DNA from: an uncultured beta proteobacterium | GTDB lineage: Bacteria > Pseudomonadota > Gammaproteobacteria > Burkholderiales > Burkholderiaceae_C | Length of the DNA stretch: 64,000 bases | Direction: 5' to 3' | Assembly (NCBI GenBank): GCA_903873485.1 | Contig: CAIQOO010000074.1 | Coordinates: forward strand, 20,453 to 84,452 | Shown: positions 30,051 through 40,400 of the stretch, piece after piece | How positions within the stretch are numbered: position 1 is the first letter of the stretch | How the letters are laid out: each line of letters starts with the position of its first letter | The notes under the pieces: generated by a model | What the model was told of the DNA's origin: nothing | Seen by the model: only the letters and a program-made list of their open reading frames with translations | Database searches by the model: none | Position numbers and translations under genes: made by a program

Positions 30051-30632
30051 ATGGCAGCGAAAAAGATTTTGATGATTTGTGGCGACTACTGCGAGGACTA
30101 CGAAACCATGGTGCCGTTCCAGGCGCTGCTGGCGGTCGGTCATACGGTGCATGCGGTGTGCCCGGACAAAAAAGCCGGCGAGCAGATCAAGACCGCGATT
30201 CATGATTTTGAGGGTGCCCAAACTTACAGCGAAAAACCGGGCCACAACTTTGCCCTGAACGCCACATTTGCCGAGATTGCGGTGCAGGACTATGACGCAC
30301 TGCTGCTGCCCGGCGGTCGCGGCCCGGAATACTTGCGCACTTACCCAGCGGTGGTGGTCATGGTGCGGCACTTTTTTGAGGCCAACAAACCAGTGGCGGC
30401 GATTTGCCATGCGGCGCAGTTGCTGGCTGGCGCGGATGTGCTGCGCGGCCGCTCGTGCTCAGCCTATCCGGCCTGCCAGGTCGAGGTCGAGCGCGCTGGC
30501 GGCACTTTTGCCGCGATTGCCATTGACGCGGCTTTTACCGAAGGCAATCTGGTCAGCGCACCGGCCTGGCCGGCGCACCCGGCCTGGATCGCCCAGTTTC
30601 TGGCGCTGCTGGGCACCCAAATCACGCTCTGA
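30051..30632 (+). CDS. DJ-1/PfpI family protein
   Basis: GDYCEDYE, YDALLLPGGR, AICHA nucleophile Cys; GGAG RBS. Confidence 0.93.
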   Translation: MAAKKILMICGDYCEDYETMVPFQALLAVGHTVHAVCPDKKAGEQIKTAIHDFEGAQTYSEKPGHNFALNATFAEIAVQDYDALLLPGGRGPEYLRTYPAVVVMVRHFFEANKPVAAICHAAQLLAGADVLRGRSCSAYPACQVEVERAGGTFAAIAIDAAFTEGNLVSAPAWPAHPAWIAQFLALLGTQITL

Positions 30633-30962
30633 GGTGGATCTTTTTTAAATTTCCAAAAGACCTACTTTAGGCCCAGCAGTGTCAAGATCGGTGTCGGAAA
30701 ATTTAGGCAGCTACCCGTTGCCAAACCCTTGGCGGACAGATTTTTTCTGTTTTCTGAGACGACTCCCAAATACGCCGCGCAAATTGGCGGCATAGAAAAC
30801 CCCTGGCAAACTCATTTTTCAGAAGCAAATTTTGAAACGCTGGGATCAAACTCTGGCGCGAATTGACAAAATCCGAGGTATTGAAGGTTAAAAGGCTTGA
30901 AATCAGTGCGCCAGATTGAGCGCCACTGCGGTGAATCAGACAAGTGATCCAATTTTTATAGG

Positions 30963-31019
30963 CCAAATCAGCCTGCAGCGCCTGTCCAGATTGCGCTGGC
31001 AGCTACGCTTTGCGAATCA
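30963..31019 (+). repeat. 56-bp dispersed element, copy 8
   Basis: ccaaatcagcctgcagcgcctgtccagattgcgctggcagctacgctttgcgaatca. Confidence 0.7.
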
Positions 31020-31147
31020 TCTCAGGCGTGTCAGGCCGCACCTGCGGCCAGCACTGCAGCGGTGCCGACGGGTCTATCGCTGACCTTGCGGTGGCAACTC
31101 ATACTGCTTGTTGCACAATGCACGATGCATACAAACAGGAGAGCACC

Positions 31148-31378
31148 ATGCAAAGGCGCATGACCATCACCATGGACGAGGCGGTTTACGACGGGCTGAT
31201 GCGGGTCGTCGGGCGCGGCAAGGTGAGCCAGTTTCTTGAGGCGCTGGCCCGGCCGCATGTGCTTGACACGTCGCTGGACGAGGGGTACGGCGCCATGAGC
31301 CGTGATCGTGATCGGGAGCAAGAGGCCACAGAGTGGGTCAATGGGCTGACTGCAGACGTTGCCAATGCAACGCGGTGA
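31148..31378 (+). CDS. type II antitoxin (N-terminal RHH-like region), partner of the MazF-type toxin
   Basis: MQRRMTITMDEAVYDGL; acidic C-terminal half; overlaps toxin start. Confidence 0.75.
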   Translation: MQRRMTITMDEAVYDGLMRVVGRGKVSQFLEALARPHVLDTSLDEGYGAMSRDRDREQEATEWVNGLTADVANATR

Positions 31379-31691
31379 GGTCTGGTGGGTTGAATTTGAC
31401 CCGGCCGTCGGCAGCGAAATTCGCAAGATCCGCCCTGGTGTCATTGTCAGCAACAACGCCGCCAATCGAAATCTGTCACGCGTGATCGTGCTGCCATTGA
31501 CCAGCAACACCGAGCGGCTTTACCCCGGTGAAGCGCGCGTGAACGTGGCTGGCACCCAGAGCAAAGCCATGGCTGACCAGCTCATGACGGCCGACAAGGC
31601 GCGCCTCAAATCCCGGTTGGGTGAGCTGTCCAAGCCCGATATGCAAGCCGTTGAGGCCGCCATTCGGCTGCAACTTGGACTTGCTAAATAG
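31365..31691 (+). CDS. PemK/MazF family endoribonuclease toxin
   Basis: RGEVWWVEFDPAVGSEIRKIRPGVIVSN, VLPLTS, DQLMTADKARL. Confidence 0.92.
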   Translation: MQRGEVWWVEFDPAVGSEIRKIRPGVIVSNNAANRNLSRVIVLPLTSNTERLYPGEARVNVAGTQSKAMADQLMTADKARLKSRLGELSKPDMQAVEAAIRLQLGLAK

Positions 31692-31740
31692 TGTCTGCAT
31701 TGCCCGTCCATCAAGCGCTGGCAGCTCTCATTTTGAGTGC
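31684..31740 (+). repeat. 56-bp dispersed element, copy 9 (overlaps toxin stop)
   Basis: ctaaatagtgtctgcattgcccgtccatcaagcgctggcagctctcattttgagtgc. Confidence 0.65.
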
Positions 31741-31900
31741 GACAGACAGCGCTACCGGCAAGACCTTGCAGGCTGGGTTAGCGCCAAGCGCGTTCCCCAA
31801 AACACCCCGCCGTGGTGTCAACACCGGCGCTTGGTGTCGAACATCAACCCGGTAGATGCTGTGCTGCTGGCGGGCTACGGTGTTCAGGCCAGCCTTTACA

Positions 31901-32137
31901 TCACGAAACACACTCGATCAACGTTTGTCGAACGATAACCAGGCGGCTGCTGGCACTGAGTTCCTCAACCCGAGGCCAAATCCGCTGCAAAAAGCTGTGC
32001 AAATCCCGCAATTGCATATTGCCTATGCGCAGGTGAATGATGCGCGGCGGTGGCTCGCACAGCCGGTCCATCAAGGCGGTAGCAAAACGCAGGCAGGCGC
32101 GTATGTCTTCCGTTTCTACGCATTGACTTGGCACCAA
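31901..32137 (-). pseudogene. fused remnant of a DUF433 antitoxin C-terminus and a DUF5615 PIN-like toxin C-terminus
   Basis: EDIRACLRFA (DUF433 C-terminal motif) joined directly to PPPRIIHLRIGN (DUF5615-like motif); both N-terminal halves absent. Confidence 0.65.
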
Positions 32138-32184
32138 GGCGCGGGCAAGCTGGCAGACCAGACGCCAACTTACGGAGCCGCCCC

Positions 32185-32589
32185 ATGTGCCAGGTTTTCA
32201 TCAACGCCGACCAGCATCTCTACCAGTACCGCGCCCGCTCGGTGCGGCTGCACGGTGTCGCCACCAGCATCCGGCTGGAAAACCTGTTCTGGAACGTGCT
32301 CGCCGAGATTGCGCGGCGTGACCGCATGAGTGTGCCGCAGCTCTGCACCAAACTCTACGATGAACTGGTGGCCCAGCGCCATGTGGTGGACAACTTTGCC
32401 TCGTTCTTGCGCGTCTGCTGCGGGCGTTATCTGGCGCTGCAACTCTCTGGCGGCATTCCGCAAGACAACTCGATTCCGATTGGCAGCCTCAATCCGCAAC
32501 AGGTGCTGGCCACCGAGCACTGGCCAGCCGCTGCCTTCGAGCCGCTGAAGCTGGTGCCCCGGTCAGGGCAACAGTCGCGTGCCGCTTGA
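32185..32589 (+). CDS. ribbon-helix-helix domain protein (RHH_4-like)
   Basis: RSVRLHGVATSIRLENLFWNVLAEIA...NFASFLRVCC. Confidence 0.85.
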   Translation: MCQVFINADQHLYQYRARSVRLHGVATSIRLENLFWNVLAEIARRDRMSVPQLCTKLYDELVAQRHVVDNFASFLRVCCGRYLALQLSGGIPQDNSIPIGSLNPQQVLATEHWPAAAFEPLKLVPRSGQQSRAA

Positions 32590-35127
32590 TGCCGGCAGCG
32601 GCTGGCTGCCGGGCTGTCGCCGCAGCGCCATCCATGCCTCGAATTCAGCCGTCGCTACCGGTTTGGAATACAAATAACCCTGCGCGTAGTCACATCCCGC
32701 AGCGGCCAGCAAGTCGCGCTGCAATTCGGTTTCCACACCTTCGGCGATGACCTTCATGCCCAGTGCGTGCGCCATCGCGATGATGGCGCGGCATAACACC
32801 AGATCGGTGGAGCCGGAGCGCAGTTGGCGCACAAACGACTGGTCGATCTTGATGTAATCGATGTCAAATTTTTGCAGATAGGACAGTGACGAGTAGCCGG
32901 TGCCAAAGTCATCAAGCGACACCTGGATGCCATCACAGCCCAGGCTCAGCAGTTGTCCGAAGACGCTGTCGCTGGTCGATAACAACAGGCCCTCGGTGAT
33001 CTCGACGGCGATGCTGTCACCGCCGAGCCCGCGGTCCTTGAGCTGGGCGATCCAGGACTGATGCGTCGGGTCGGGGTTTTCGAACTGCACTGGCGACTTG
33101 TTGATGCTGATCTGAAAGCCGGCGTGCAAGCTGCGTCGCCAAGCCTGCACCTGGTCTGCCGCCTGCTGGAACACCCATTCACCGATGCCGACAATCAGGC
33201 CGCTTGACTCGGCTACCGGAATGAACTCGGCCGGGCTGACCAGGCCGCGTCTCGGGTGTTGCCAGCGCACCAGCGCCTCGGCCTTGTGGACCGCGCCGCT
33301 GGCCATTTCGATGATCGGCTGGTACAACACCCGAAACTGTTGTGCTGCCAGCGCGTGGTGCAAGTCCCGCGTCAACTGGGCCCGCGATTGCGCCGCCTGC
33401 TGCAGCGCCGGGGTAAAAAAACTGAAGCGGTTGCGCCCGGCGCTTTTCGCCACATACAGCGCCTGGTCGGCGTTTTTCAGCAGATTTTCAATGTCGGTGG
33501 CATCCCCCGGGCAAATCGTGACGCCGATGCTTGCCGAGATAAACACCTGCTCGGGGCCGAGCTGAAACGCCGCGCCCAGGGCCTTGAGAATCTTGTGCAG
33601 CACCGGCTCCAGATGCTGCAACTGCTGCAGCTCGGTGAGTATCACGGTGAACTCGTCGCCACCCATGCGCGCCACGGTATCGACTTCGCGCACACAGTCG
33701 GCAATGCGCCGGGCCGCCTCGGTCAGCAGCAGGTCGCCCCAGTCGTGCCCGAGCGTGTCGTTGACCTCCTTGAAGCGGTCTAGGTCAATGAACAGCAGCG
33801 CCAGTTGCAGCCCGTCACGGCGGTTTTTCTTGATCTCTTGCGCAAGCCGCTCGCGCATCAGGCGGCGGTTGGGCAGGCCGGTGAGCGAATCAAAATGGGC
33901 TTGCTGCCAGATCGTGGCCTCGGCTGCCTTGCGCTCGCTGATGTCGGTGTGGGTGCCAATCATGCGCAGCGGCTGGCCCCGTGCGTCACGGCTGATCACC
34001 ATGCCGCGTGTCAGCACCCATTTCCAGGAGCCATCTTTGCAGCGAATCCGGTGTTCGTTGACATAAGTCGGGGTCAGGCCGGCAAAATGCGCCTGCCGCT
34101 GCTGATTGAGCTGGGCTATGTCATCCGGATGGGTGCGCCCATCAAGCTCGCTGGCGTTGTTGCGGATGTCTTGCGCATCCAGTCCGTACATTCGCAGCAG
34201 GCTCGCCGAGAAAAACTCTTCCCCGCTCGGGATATGCCAGTCCCAGACACCGTCGCCGGTGCTCTCGAGCGCCAGTTTCCAGCGTTCTTCGTTTTCTTGC
34301 AGGGCCGCCTTGGCTTTCACATGGTCGGTGATGTCGGCAAAGGTTCTGACCATGCCGCCGTCTTGCAGCAATTCGGTCTTGACTTCCAGTGTTCGCCCGG
34401 CGGTGGTTTCACGCAGGTAGTTCAGCGGCGGCTCACCGATGCCGTGGCTAACTACAAACGGGCGCGCATTGCTGCCGACCAGGCAGGCATCCGGACCAAA
34501 GTCGCCGCGCTCGCTTTGAAACCGGCTGACGCGGGCAAGAGTGGGGCCGGTGGCCAGCAGTGCCGACGGCAAATCAAGCAGCTCGCACACCCGCAGGTTG
34601 AAGGCAATGATGCGCCACTGCGCGTCAAACACCAAAATGCCCTGGCTGATATGGGCCAGGGTGGTTTGCAGCAGCCGGGTTTTTTCCTGCAGGCGGGCAT
34701 TGAGCGTGATCAGCGCCTGCTCGGCCTGCTTGCGCTCGGAGATGTCGGTGTGGGTGCCGATCATGCGGGTCGGCTGGCCGTTGGCCGCGCGGCTGACGAT
34801 CACGCCATAGGTCTGAATCCATTTCCAGTGGCCGTCTTTGCAGCGCAGCCGCAGTTCAGCGGTATAACGGTCAGACTGACCTGCCAGGCAGGCGGCGACA
34901 GCGGCGTTGAGCGAGGCCAGGTCATCGGGGTGAAGGCGCGACAAAAAATCGGCGTAACCCTGATTGAGTTCGCCCGCGCCATAGCCGATCAAGGCTTCCC
35001 AGCGGGGCGAATGGGTTTGGGCGCCGGTCAGCAGATTCCAGTCCCAGATGCCGGCCCCCGAGCCTTCCAGCGCCAGCTTCCAGGGGTTTTCCGGCTGGTC
35101 AAAAGGGGATGATGGAACCATGTTCAT
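32563..35127 (-). CDS. PAS-PAS-PAS GGDEF-EAL protein
   Basis: Two GIWDW/GVWDW PAS_3-PAC units around a PAS_7-like unit, GGDEF, EAL, DDFGTGYSSL. Confidence 0.95.
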   Translation of the reverse strand: MNMVPSSPFDQPENPWKLALEGSGAGIWDWNLLTGAQTHSPRWEALIGYGAGELNQGYADFLSRLHPDDLASLNAAVAACLAGQSDRYTAELRLRCKDGHWKWIQTYGVIVSRAANGQPTRMIGTHTDISERKQAEQALITLNARLQEKTRLLQTTLAHISQGILVFDAQWRIIAFNLRVCELLDLPSALLATGPTLARVSRFQSERGDFGPDACLVGSNARPFVVSHGIGEPPLNYLRETTAGRTLEVKTELLQDGGMVRTFADITDHVKAKAALQENEERWKLALESTGDGVWDWHIPSGEEFFSASLLRMYGLDAQDIRNNASELDGRTHPDDIAQLNQQRQAHFAGLTPTYVNEHRIRCKDGSWKWVLTRGMVISRDARGQPLRMIGTHTDISERKAAEATIWQQAHFDSLTGLPNRRLMRERLAQEIKKNRRDGLQLALLFIDLDRFKEVNDTLGHDWGDLLLTEAARRIADCVREVDTVARMGGDEFTVILTELQQLQHLEPVLHKILKALGAAFQLGPEQVFISASIGVTICPGDATDIENLLKNADQALYVAKSAGRNRFSFFTPALQQAAQSRAQLTRDLHHALAAQQFRVLYQPIIEMASGAVHKAEALVRWQHPRRGLVSPAEFIPVAESSGLIVGIGEWVFQQAADQVQAWRRSLHAGFQISINKSPVQFENPDPTHQSWIAQLKDRGLGGDSIAVEITEGLLLSTSDSVFGQLLSLGCDGIQVSLDDFGTGYSSLSYLQKFDIDYIKIDQSFVRQLRSGSTDLVLCRAIIAMAHALGMKVIAEGVETELQRDLLAAAGCDYAQGYLYSKPVATAEFEAWMALRRQPGSQPLPASSGTRLLP

Positions 35128-35169
35128 GGGCAGACAGGGTAATTCGCCGGGCCGATCACATGCCGCCGC

Positions 35170-36654
35170 TCATGACGGCTGCATTCTTGGCGGCACCGGC
35201 GGATGGATGTCGGCGGGCCGGTTTTTGCTGGCGCGCGGCAGCAGCAACTGCACCCGCAAGCCCTGTGGCACCATCGCCATCACCGCTGCACTGCCCGCAT
35301 GGCGCTGGGCGATCTCTTTGACGATTGCCAGCCCCAGACCACAGCCGCCCGGCACATCGCTGGCGCGCCAGAAGCGCTCAAACACATGGGGCAGATCGGC
35401 CTGCGACAAACCTTTGCCGTTGTCCTGAACCTCGATTTGCACCTGTTGGCCGTGCGCCTGCACCCGCAGCGTCACCTCGCTGTTGGCCCCGGCATAGATT
35501 ACGGCGTTGTCGATCAGGTTGTTCAGGGCTTCGCGCAATAGCAGCGCCTCGCCCATCACCAGCAGGTGGTCGGCGCCTTCGTAACCCAGATCGACGCCGG
35601 CCTTGAGGGCGCGCGGCGCCCATTGGCGCGCCACATCGCGCGCCAGCTCCGCCATGTCGAGCGGCTCAAGCTGGACCTCCACCTCGTTGCGCGCCAGCGA
35701 CAGCAGTTGGTGCACCAGGTGGGCGCTGCGCTGCGCCCCCGACAGCACCTTGGTCAAACGCGTGCGCAGGGCCTGCGGGTCGGTTTCGGTCAGGGCCAGT
35801 TCGGTCTGGCTGATCAAGCCGGCCAGCGGCGTGCGCAACTGGTGCGCCGCATCATTCAAAAACCGCTTTTCCTGCCCCAGACTGCGCCGCACCGCCGACA
35901 GCAACTGGTTGACTGCCGCCGCCAGTGCATGCACCTCTTGCGGTGCTTCGGTCAGTTCGATTGGCGACAAGGCCGACAGCGCCGGCTCAGTGCGGTCGCC
36001 CAACTGCGCCTGCAGCCGGGTCAGCGGCTGCAGCCCGCGCAAAATGCCGCCATACACCAGCAGGCTCAGCACCGTGCCCAGCAGCAGCAGCGGGGCCATC
36101 ATGTCGGCGATCAGTTCGGTGGTCAGGCGCTGCTGCACCGCCAGGCTCTTGGCCACCTGCACCCGCAGGCGTTGTGGCGACTGGTCATCGCCGTAGTCCA
36201 GCTCCAGCAGCGCCACCCGCATCGCCTTGCCGTCAATCCGGGTGTTGTAGAGCACCGCCTCATGGGTCAGCACCGGCGCCGTGCCAATCGGGTCGGGCAA
36301 CTTGCCATTGCCCAGCAAAAACTGCCCTGGCGGCGACGACACCATGTAGCTGACCCGGTCTTTCGGGTCTTGTTCAAGAATGTCCTGGGCGGCGCGCGGA
36401 AAGTCAACCAGCAGCCCGGAGCCGACCGGCTTGACCTGGCGCGCCAGCGAACGTACCGATTGGGTCAGCGACTGGTCAATGGCTTTTTCGGCGTAGCTCA
36501 GGGCAATCCGGTAGGCCAGCGCGCCACCGACCAAAAACAGCACCAGTTGCGGCAGCAGCAGCCACAGCAGCAACTGGCGCTTGAGCGACAAGCCCGGCCC
36601 GGCCGTGCTGCTGGCCGCAGGCAGGGCTGGGTCAGGCTGGGCCGGCAGGTTCAT
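35170..36654 (-). CDS. sensor histidine kinase (TctE/QseC-like)
   Basis: N-terminal TM plus periplasmic 2CSK_N-like region, AAHQLRTPL H-box, NLIDNA, DNGKG, GLGLAIV. Confidence 0.93.
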   Translation of the reverse strand: MNLPAQPDPALPAASSTAGPGLSLKRQLLLWLLLPQLVLFLVGGALAYRIALSYAEKAIDQSLTQSVRSLARQVKPVGSGLLVDFPRAAQDILEQDPKDRVSYMVSSPPGQFLLGNGKLPDPIGTAPVLTHEAVLYNTRIDGKAMRVALLELDYGDDQSPQRLRVQVAKSLAVQQRLTTELIADMMAPLLLLGTVLSLLVYGGILRGLQPLTRLQAQLGDRTEPALSALSPIELTEAPQEVHALAAAVNQLLSAVRRSLGQEKRFLNDAAHQLRTPLAGLISQTELALTETDPQALRTRLTKVLSGAQRSAHLVHQLLSLARNEVEVQLEPLDMAELARDVARQWAPRALKAGVDLGYEGADHLLVMGEALLLREALNNLIDNAVIYAGANSEVTLRVQAHGQQVQIEVQDNGKGLSQADLPHVFERFWRASDVPGGCGLGLAIVKEIAQRHAGSAAVMAMVPQGLRVQLLLPRASKNRPADIHPPVPPRMQPS

Positions 36655-37352
36655 GCGGCGGTGGATTCGAGCATGTAACCGAGGCCGCGCACATTGCGAA
36701 TGTTCAGGCCCGAATCGATCAACTTGCGGCGCAGCCGGTGGATATACACCTCCAGCGCGTTGGAAGTCACGCCGACGCCATCACCAGGCTCGGACTGCCA
36801 GGTGGCCAGCACGTCTTCGCGGCTGACCACCCGCCCGGCGTGGGTGACCAGCAAGGACAGCAAGGCCCATTCACGCTGCGTCAGTTCCAGCGCCTCGTCA
36901 CCCAGCCAGGCTTGCGGCAGCGTGGCATCGACGCGCAAACGGCGGGTGGTGTTGCTGGCCACTTCGAGCGTACCGCCAAAGGCTGGCAGCCGGGCGCGGC
37001 GCAGCATCGCCGCCAGGCGCGCTTGCAGCTCGGCCATGTCAAAGGGTTTGGTCAGGTAGTCGTCGGCACCGGCGTTGAGGCCCTGCACCCGGTCATCGAT
37101 GCCGTCGCGCGCCGTCAAAATCAGCACCGGCAGTGCCGGCAGGCGTTGGCGAATCCAGTGCAGCATGTCGAGTCCGCTGATTCTGGGCAGGCCCAGGTCC
37201 AGCACCACGCCGTCAAAGCGGTGTTTTTCCATCAGCGCCTGGGCAGTTTCGCCGTCAGCGGCGGTCGTCACCGTGTGGCCGACCCGTGCCAATTGGGCAT
37301 TCAGGCCATCACGCAGCAATTCATCGTCTTCAATAATGAGCAAACTTGACAT
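36651..37352 (-). CDS. OmpR-family response regulator (TctD-like)
   Basis: IEDD, LDLGLP, LTAR, KPF, winged helix VYIHRLRRKL...RGLGY. Confidence 0.95.
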   Translation of the reverse strand: MSSLLIIEDDELLRDGLNAQLARVGHTVTTAADGETAQALMEKHRFDGVVLDLGLPRISGLDMLHWIRQRLPALPVLILTARDGIDDRVQGLNAGADDYLTKPFDMAELQARLAAMLRRARLPAFGGTLEVASNTTRRLRVDATLPQAWLGDEALELTQREWALLSLLVTHAGRVVSREDVLATWQSEPGDGVGVTSNALEVYIHRLRRKLIDSGLNIRNVRGLGYMLESTAA

Positions 37353-37398
37353 GGCGCAAGCATACCCCAGAGCTTTTTGCCCGACTTGCTCGCTTGGC

Positions 37399-37418
37399 CA
37401 AGCGCAGGCCGAACGGTT
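37399..37418 (+). repeat. degenerate half of REP-like element, left border of RM block
   Basis: caagcgcaggccgaacggtt; 18/20 identical to 42778-42797. Confidence 0.5.
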
Positions 37419-37453
37419 GAGTTGAATCGATTGGTTGAAATGAGCTACTGTTG

Positions 37454-40400
37454 CTACGCCGTCAGCAGCGCCAGCGCTGCCAGGATGTCGTCTTGCGTGC
37501 GGTAGCGGCCAAAGGCGCGGATGTCTTGCTCGCGCACGATCGGGAAACTGTCGAGGATGTAGGCGGCTTCATCTGCATCCAGCCCGTAGAGGTAGAAAAA
37601 CAGCGCATCCAGTGCCGCCAGCCGGGCGCGGCGCTCCTCCTCGTTCCAGATGAAGGGCGGCAACACCAAGCCGACGGCATCGACATAACCCAGATCGCGG
37701 GCCAGCGGGGCCATGTCGTGCGCGGTGTAGCTTAGCGCCAGAACCTGTGGCACGACAAAGTCGGCCACCGTCGGATGCGGATGGTGGCCGTTCATCAGTT
37801 GGGCGGCACGCATGGCGGCAGCAAAGGCGGCGGGCAGGGGGTCGTTGAAGCGGGCCGGGGCGATGACCGGGAGCTGCTCGACGATGTACCAGTTCAGGTG
37901 TGTGCTTTGCGCCTTTTGTCGCGCGATGTAGTCGAACGGAATTGAATTCAAGTTAGCCAATACCAATGACATCTCACCCGCAGCAAGGGTCTCATTGATC
38001 AGCAACGGCAAGGTGTTTCCTGTAGCCGTACCTGGAACGAAGGCCGCAATCATGGTTCGTACATCGGTAGATCGTGCAATATCGCGAAAGCCTAAAACCC
38101 ACTCACGGCGCAGAGTGGCTGGAACGGCTTCTGCATCAACCCAGTATTGGGGGTTTGGGAACGTATTGGGATTGCTTTTTTCGCTGACCGAAAGCACAGA
38201 GCCGAGCGCAGCATTCTGAAGGTTGCTTTCGTTGACTGTCACGCTGGCGTGCCGATGGTCGTATTGGTGAATCATGCGTCCAACATACAAAGGCAGTGCC
38301 AGCTTATTTTCTTTCTCCCAGCGATTGAGCGGCTTGTGTTGCCAGCCGTGCTGACCAAGTTCAGATCTTTTCATAAACAACTTCGAGTCCGAGGTCATGT
38401 TGAACATTCCCTGATAAAACTTCACTGGCCAGGCTTTCAGATCGGGTTGTTTGCCTTTTGACGTGCTGATCTCGCCTTGCCTGACCAACACAGGGTGATT
38501 GGCGTAGAGTTTGAGGGTGATGTCGGCATCGCGCTGGCTGCGAAAGATGGGGGCCGCACCGGTGTTGGGGTTGACGCTTTGAAAATCGATAGCCTTGAGC
38601 TTGAGCACGCGCGCCGGGTCTTCCAGTTCTTTTATGTGGTGCAAATAAAAAGCGCAGCGAGTCTGATCAAAAGTCCGACCAATACCGCCAAATACCAGCG
38701 TACAAAATTTGAAACTGGCATGGACATCAGGAAAAAATACTTTTTTGTTTTCAAAGTCGAATAACGCGCCAAGTCGGCCGGTACTGCTGAGGCTGCGGAA
38801 AAACGCCGAAGCGCCTTTATCCGCCGCAATGCCGCTGGGTACCAGCAACGCCACCAGCCCGTTGGGTGCAGTGAGGGCTTGCGCCCGTTCTACAAATAGT
38901 TTGTACAGGTTGCTTCGGCCTTCCGCAAGCATCGGGTAGTCGCCGCAAGTTCTCACGACGAATTGCTCCTGGTCTGCGCGTGTGCTGGCGGCCTGAAACT
39001 GCGCCCAAACTTGCCGGTTTGTTGTGGGCAACTCTGCAATCAGCCGTTTGCGGTCAGCAGCACGCAGTTGCGTGGCAATTGCCATGACACGTTCTGAAAA
39101 CCACTCCACCTCCTGCATTTGCAGCATGTCCCACGGCGGGTTGCCGATAACTGCGTCAAAACCACCCTTTGAACCGGTGCCAAATACCGTCGGAAAACTG
39201 GTCCACCAGTGGAAAAACGTCTCCCGAGCTGCCAATGCGCGGGTTTCCACCATGAGTGCATTGGCCGCTTGCGTCGCGGCATCGTTGCCTGCAATTTTTC
39301 CGGTGTTGAGTACACCAACCAAATTAAGCACGGGGTCGAGCAATCTCAATATGCCATCCAAAATCGGGTTTGGCTTGTCTTTGTTCGCCTTCAGCAATTT
39401 TGGAAGATGGCTCATTTTGGCCACCGGCCAGCCTGGTACCAGCCAGCGCATGGCCCGCCAAAAATCCAGCATGGCATGGATAGGGGCAATTTCAGTCGCC
39501 GCTTCGGTCGCCAACTGTTTGGACAACTGCGCCTCGGCAATATCAACATCGGTTAAATCTGCCACTTGCGCGATGTTTTTGGCGGCCAGCGCCAGCCGGT
39601 CAAATTCGCTTTGCATCAGCAGAGCGCCCAATTGCTCCAGGTTGCGCTGCACGATGGACAGTTGCTCGCCGTGCAGGCTGTCGCCGGTTCTCAGATGATG
39701 ATCGAGAAAACTCAAGGGTGCACCGACGGTAAAGGTGTGCAGCCATAGCGCGGTTTTGGCCAGTTCGACGGCCATCGGGTTTTTATCGACCCCGAAAATG
39801 GTCTTTTTCAGAATCATGCGTCGAACAATATGGCGGTCGTCCAATTGCGCATCGGTCACCGCCCAGCCATGATTTTTGGCAGTGGTCTTGATGCTGCCCC
39901 GGATATAAGCGATGCGTGCCACCAAGGGGCTGACCCAGGGCTGCCCTAGTTCCAGCAAATGTGCGGACCAAGGCTGGGTACTGACCTGGAGCGTAGCGGC
40001 TGCAATAGCTTCCAGCACCCGATCCGCCAGGTCGTCCACTAGCGCCACCAAAAAGTGCCCACTCCCCATGGCAGGGTCGCAAATTTTGAGTTCCAGAATT
40101 TGGCTGGCGGGGTCTTTGGCATCAAGCGCATCCCAGTCACCCGGATTGAGAGAGGACTTTGTGCCTAATTTTTTGAGGTGCGCTTCAAAGGCATCCATCC
40201 GCTCATGGACAAGCACACCGACCGATTCACGCAAAATCAGGTGCACCAGATCGTCGTGCGTGTAGTAACTGCCTGATACCTTGCGGGCAAAGCTGGCCGG
40301 CAGCGCGCTGATGCGGTCGATCTCGGGCTGGTCTTTGTCGTCGTCTTTGGCCTGCACCTGATGCACCAGGCTGTACTCCAGCAGCCGCTCGTAAATGCTG

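Noticed and set aside
30963-31740. 56-bp element as integron attC (59-base element)
   Set aside because: No RYYYAAC...GTTRRRY core sites, no end-to-end palindrome and no integrase in the window.
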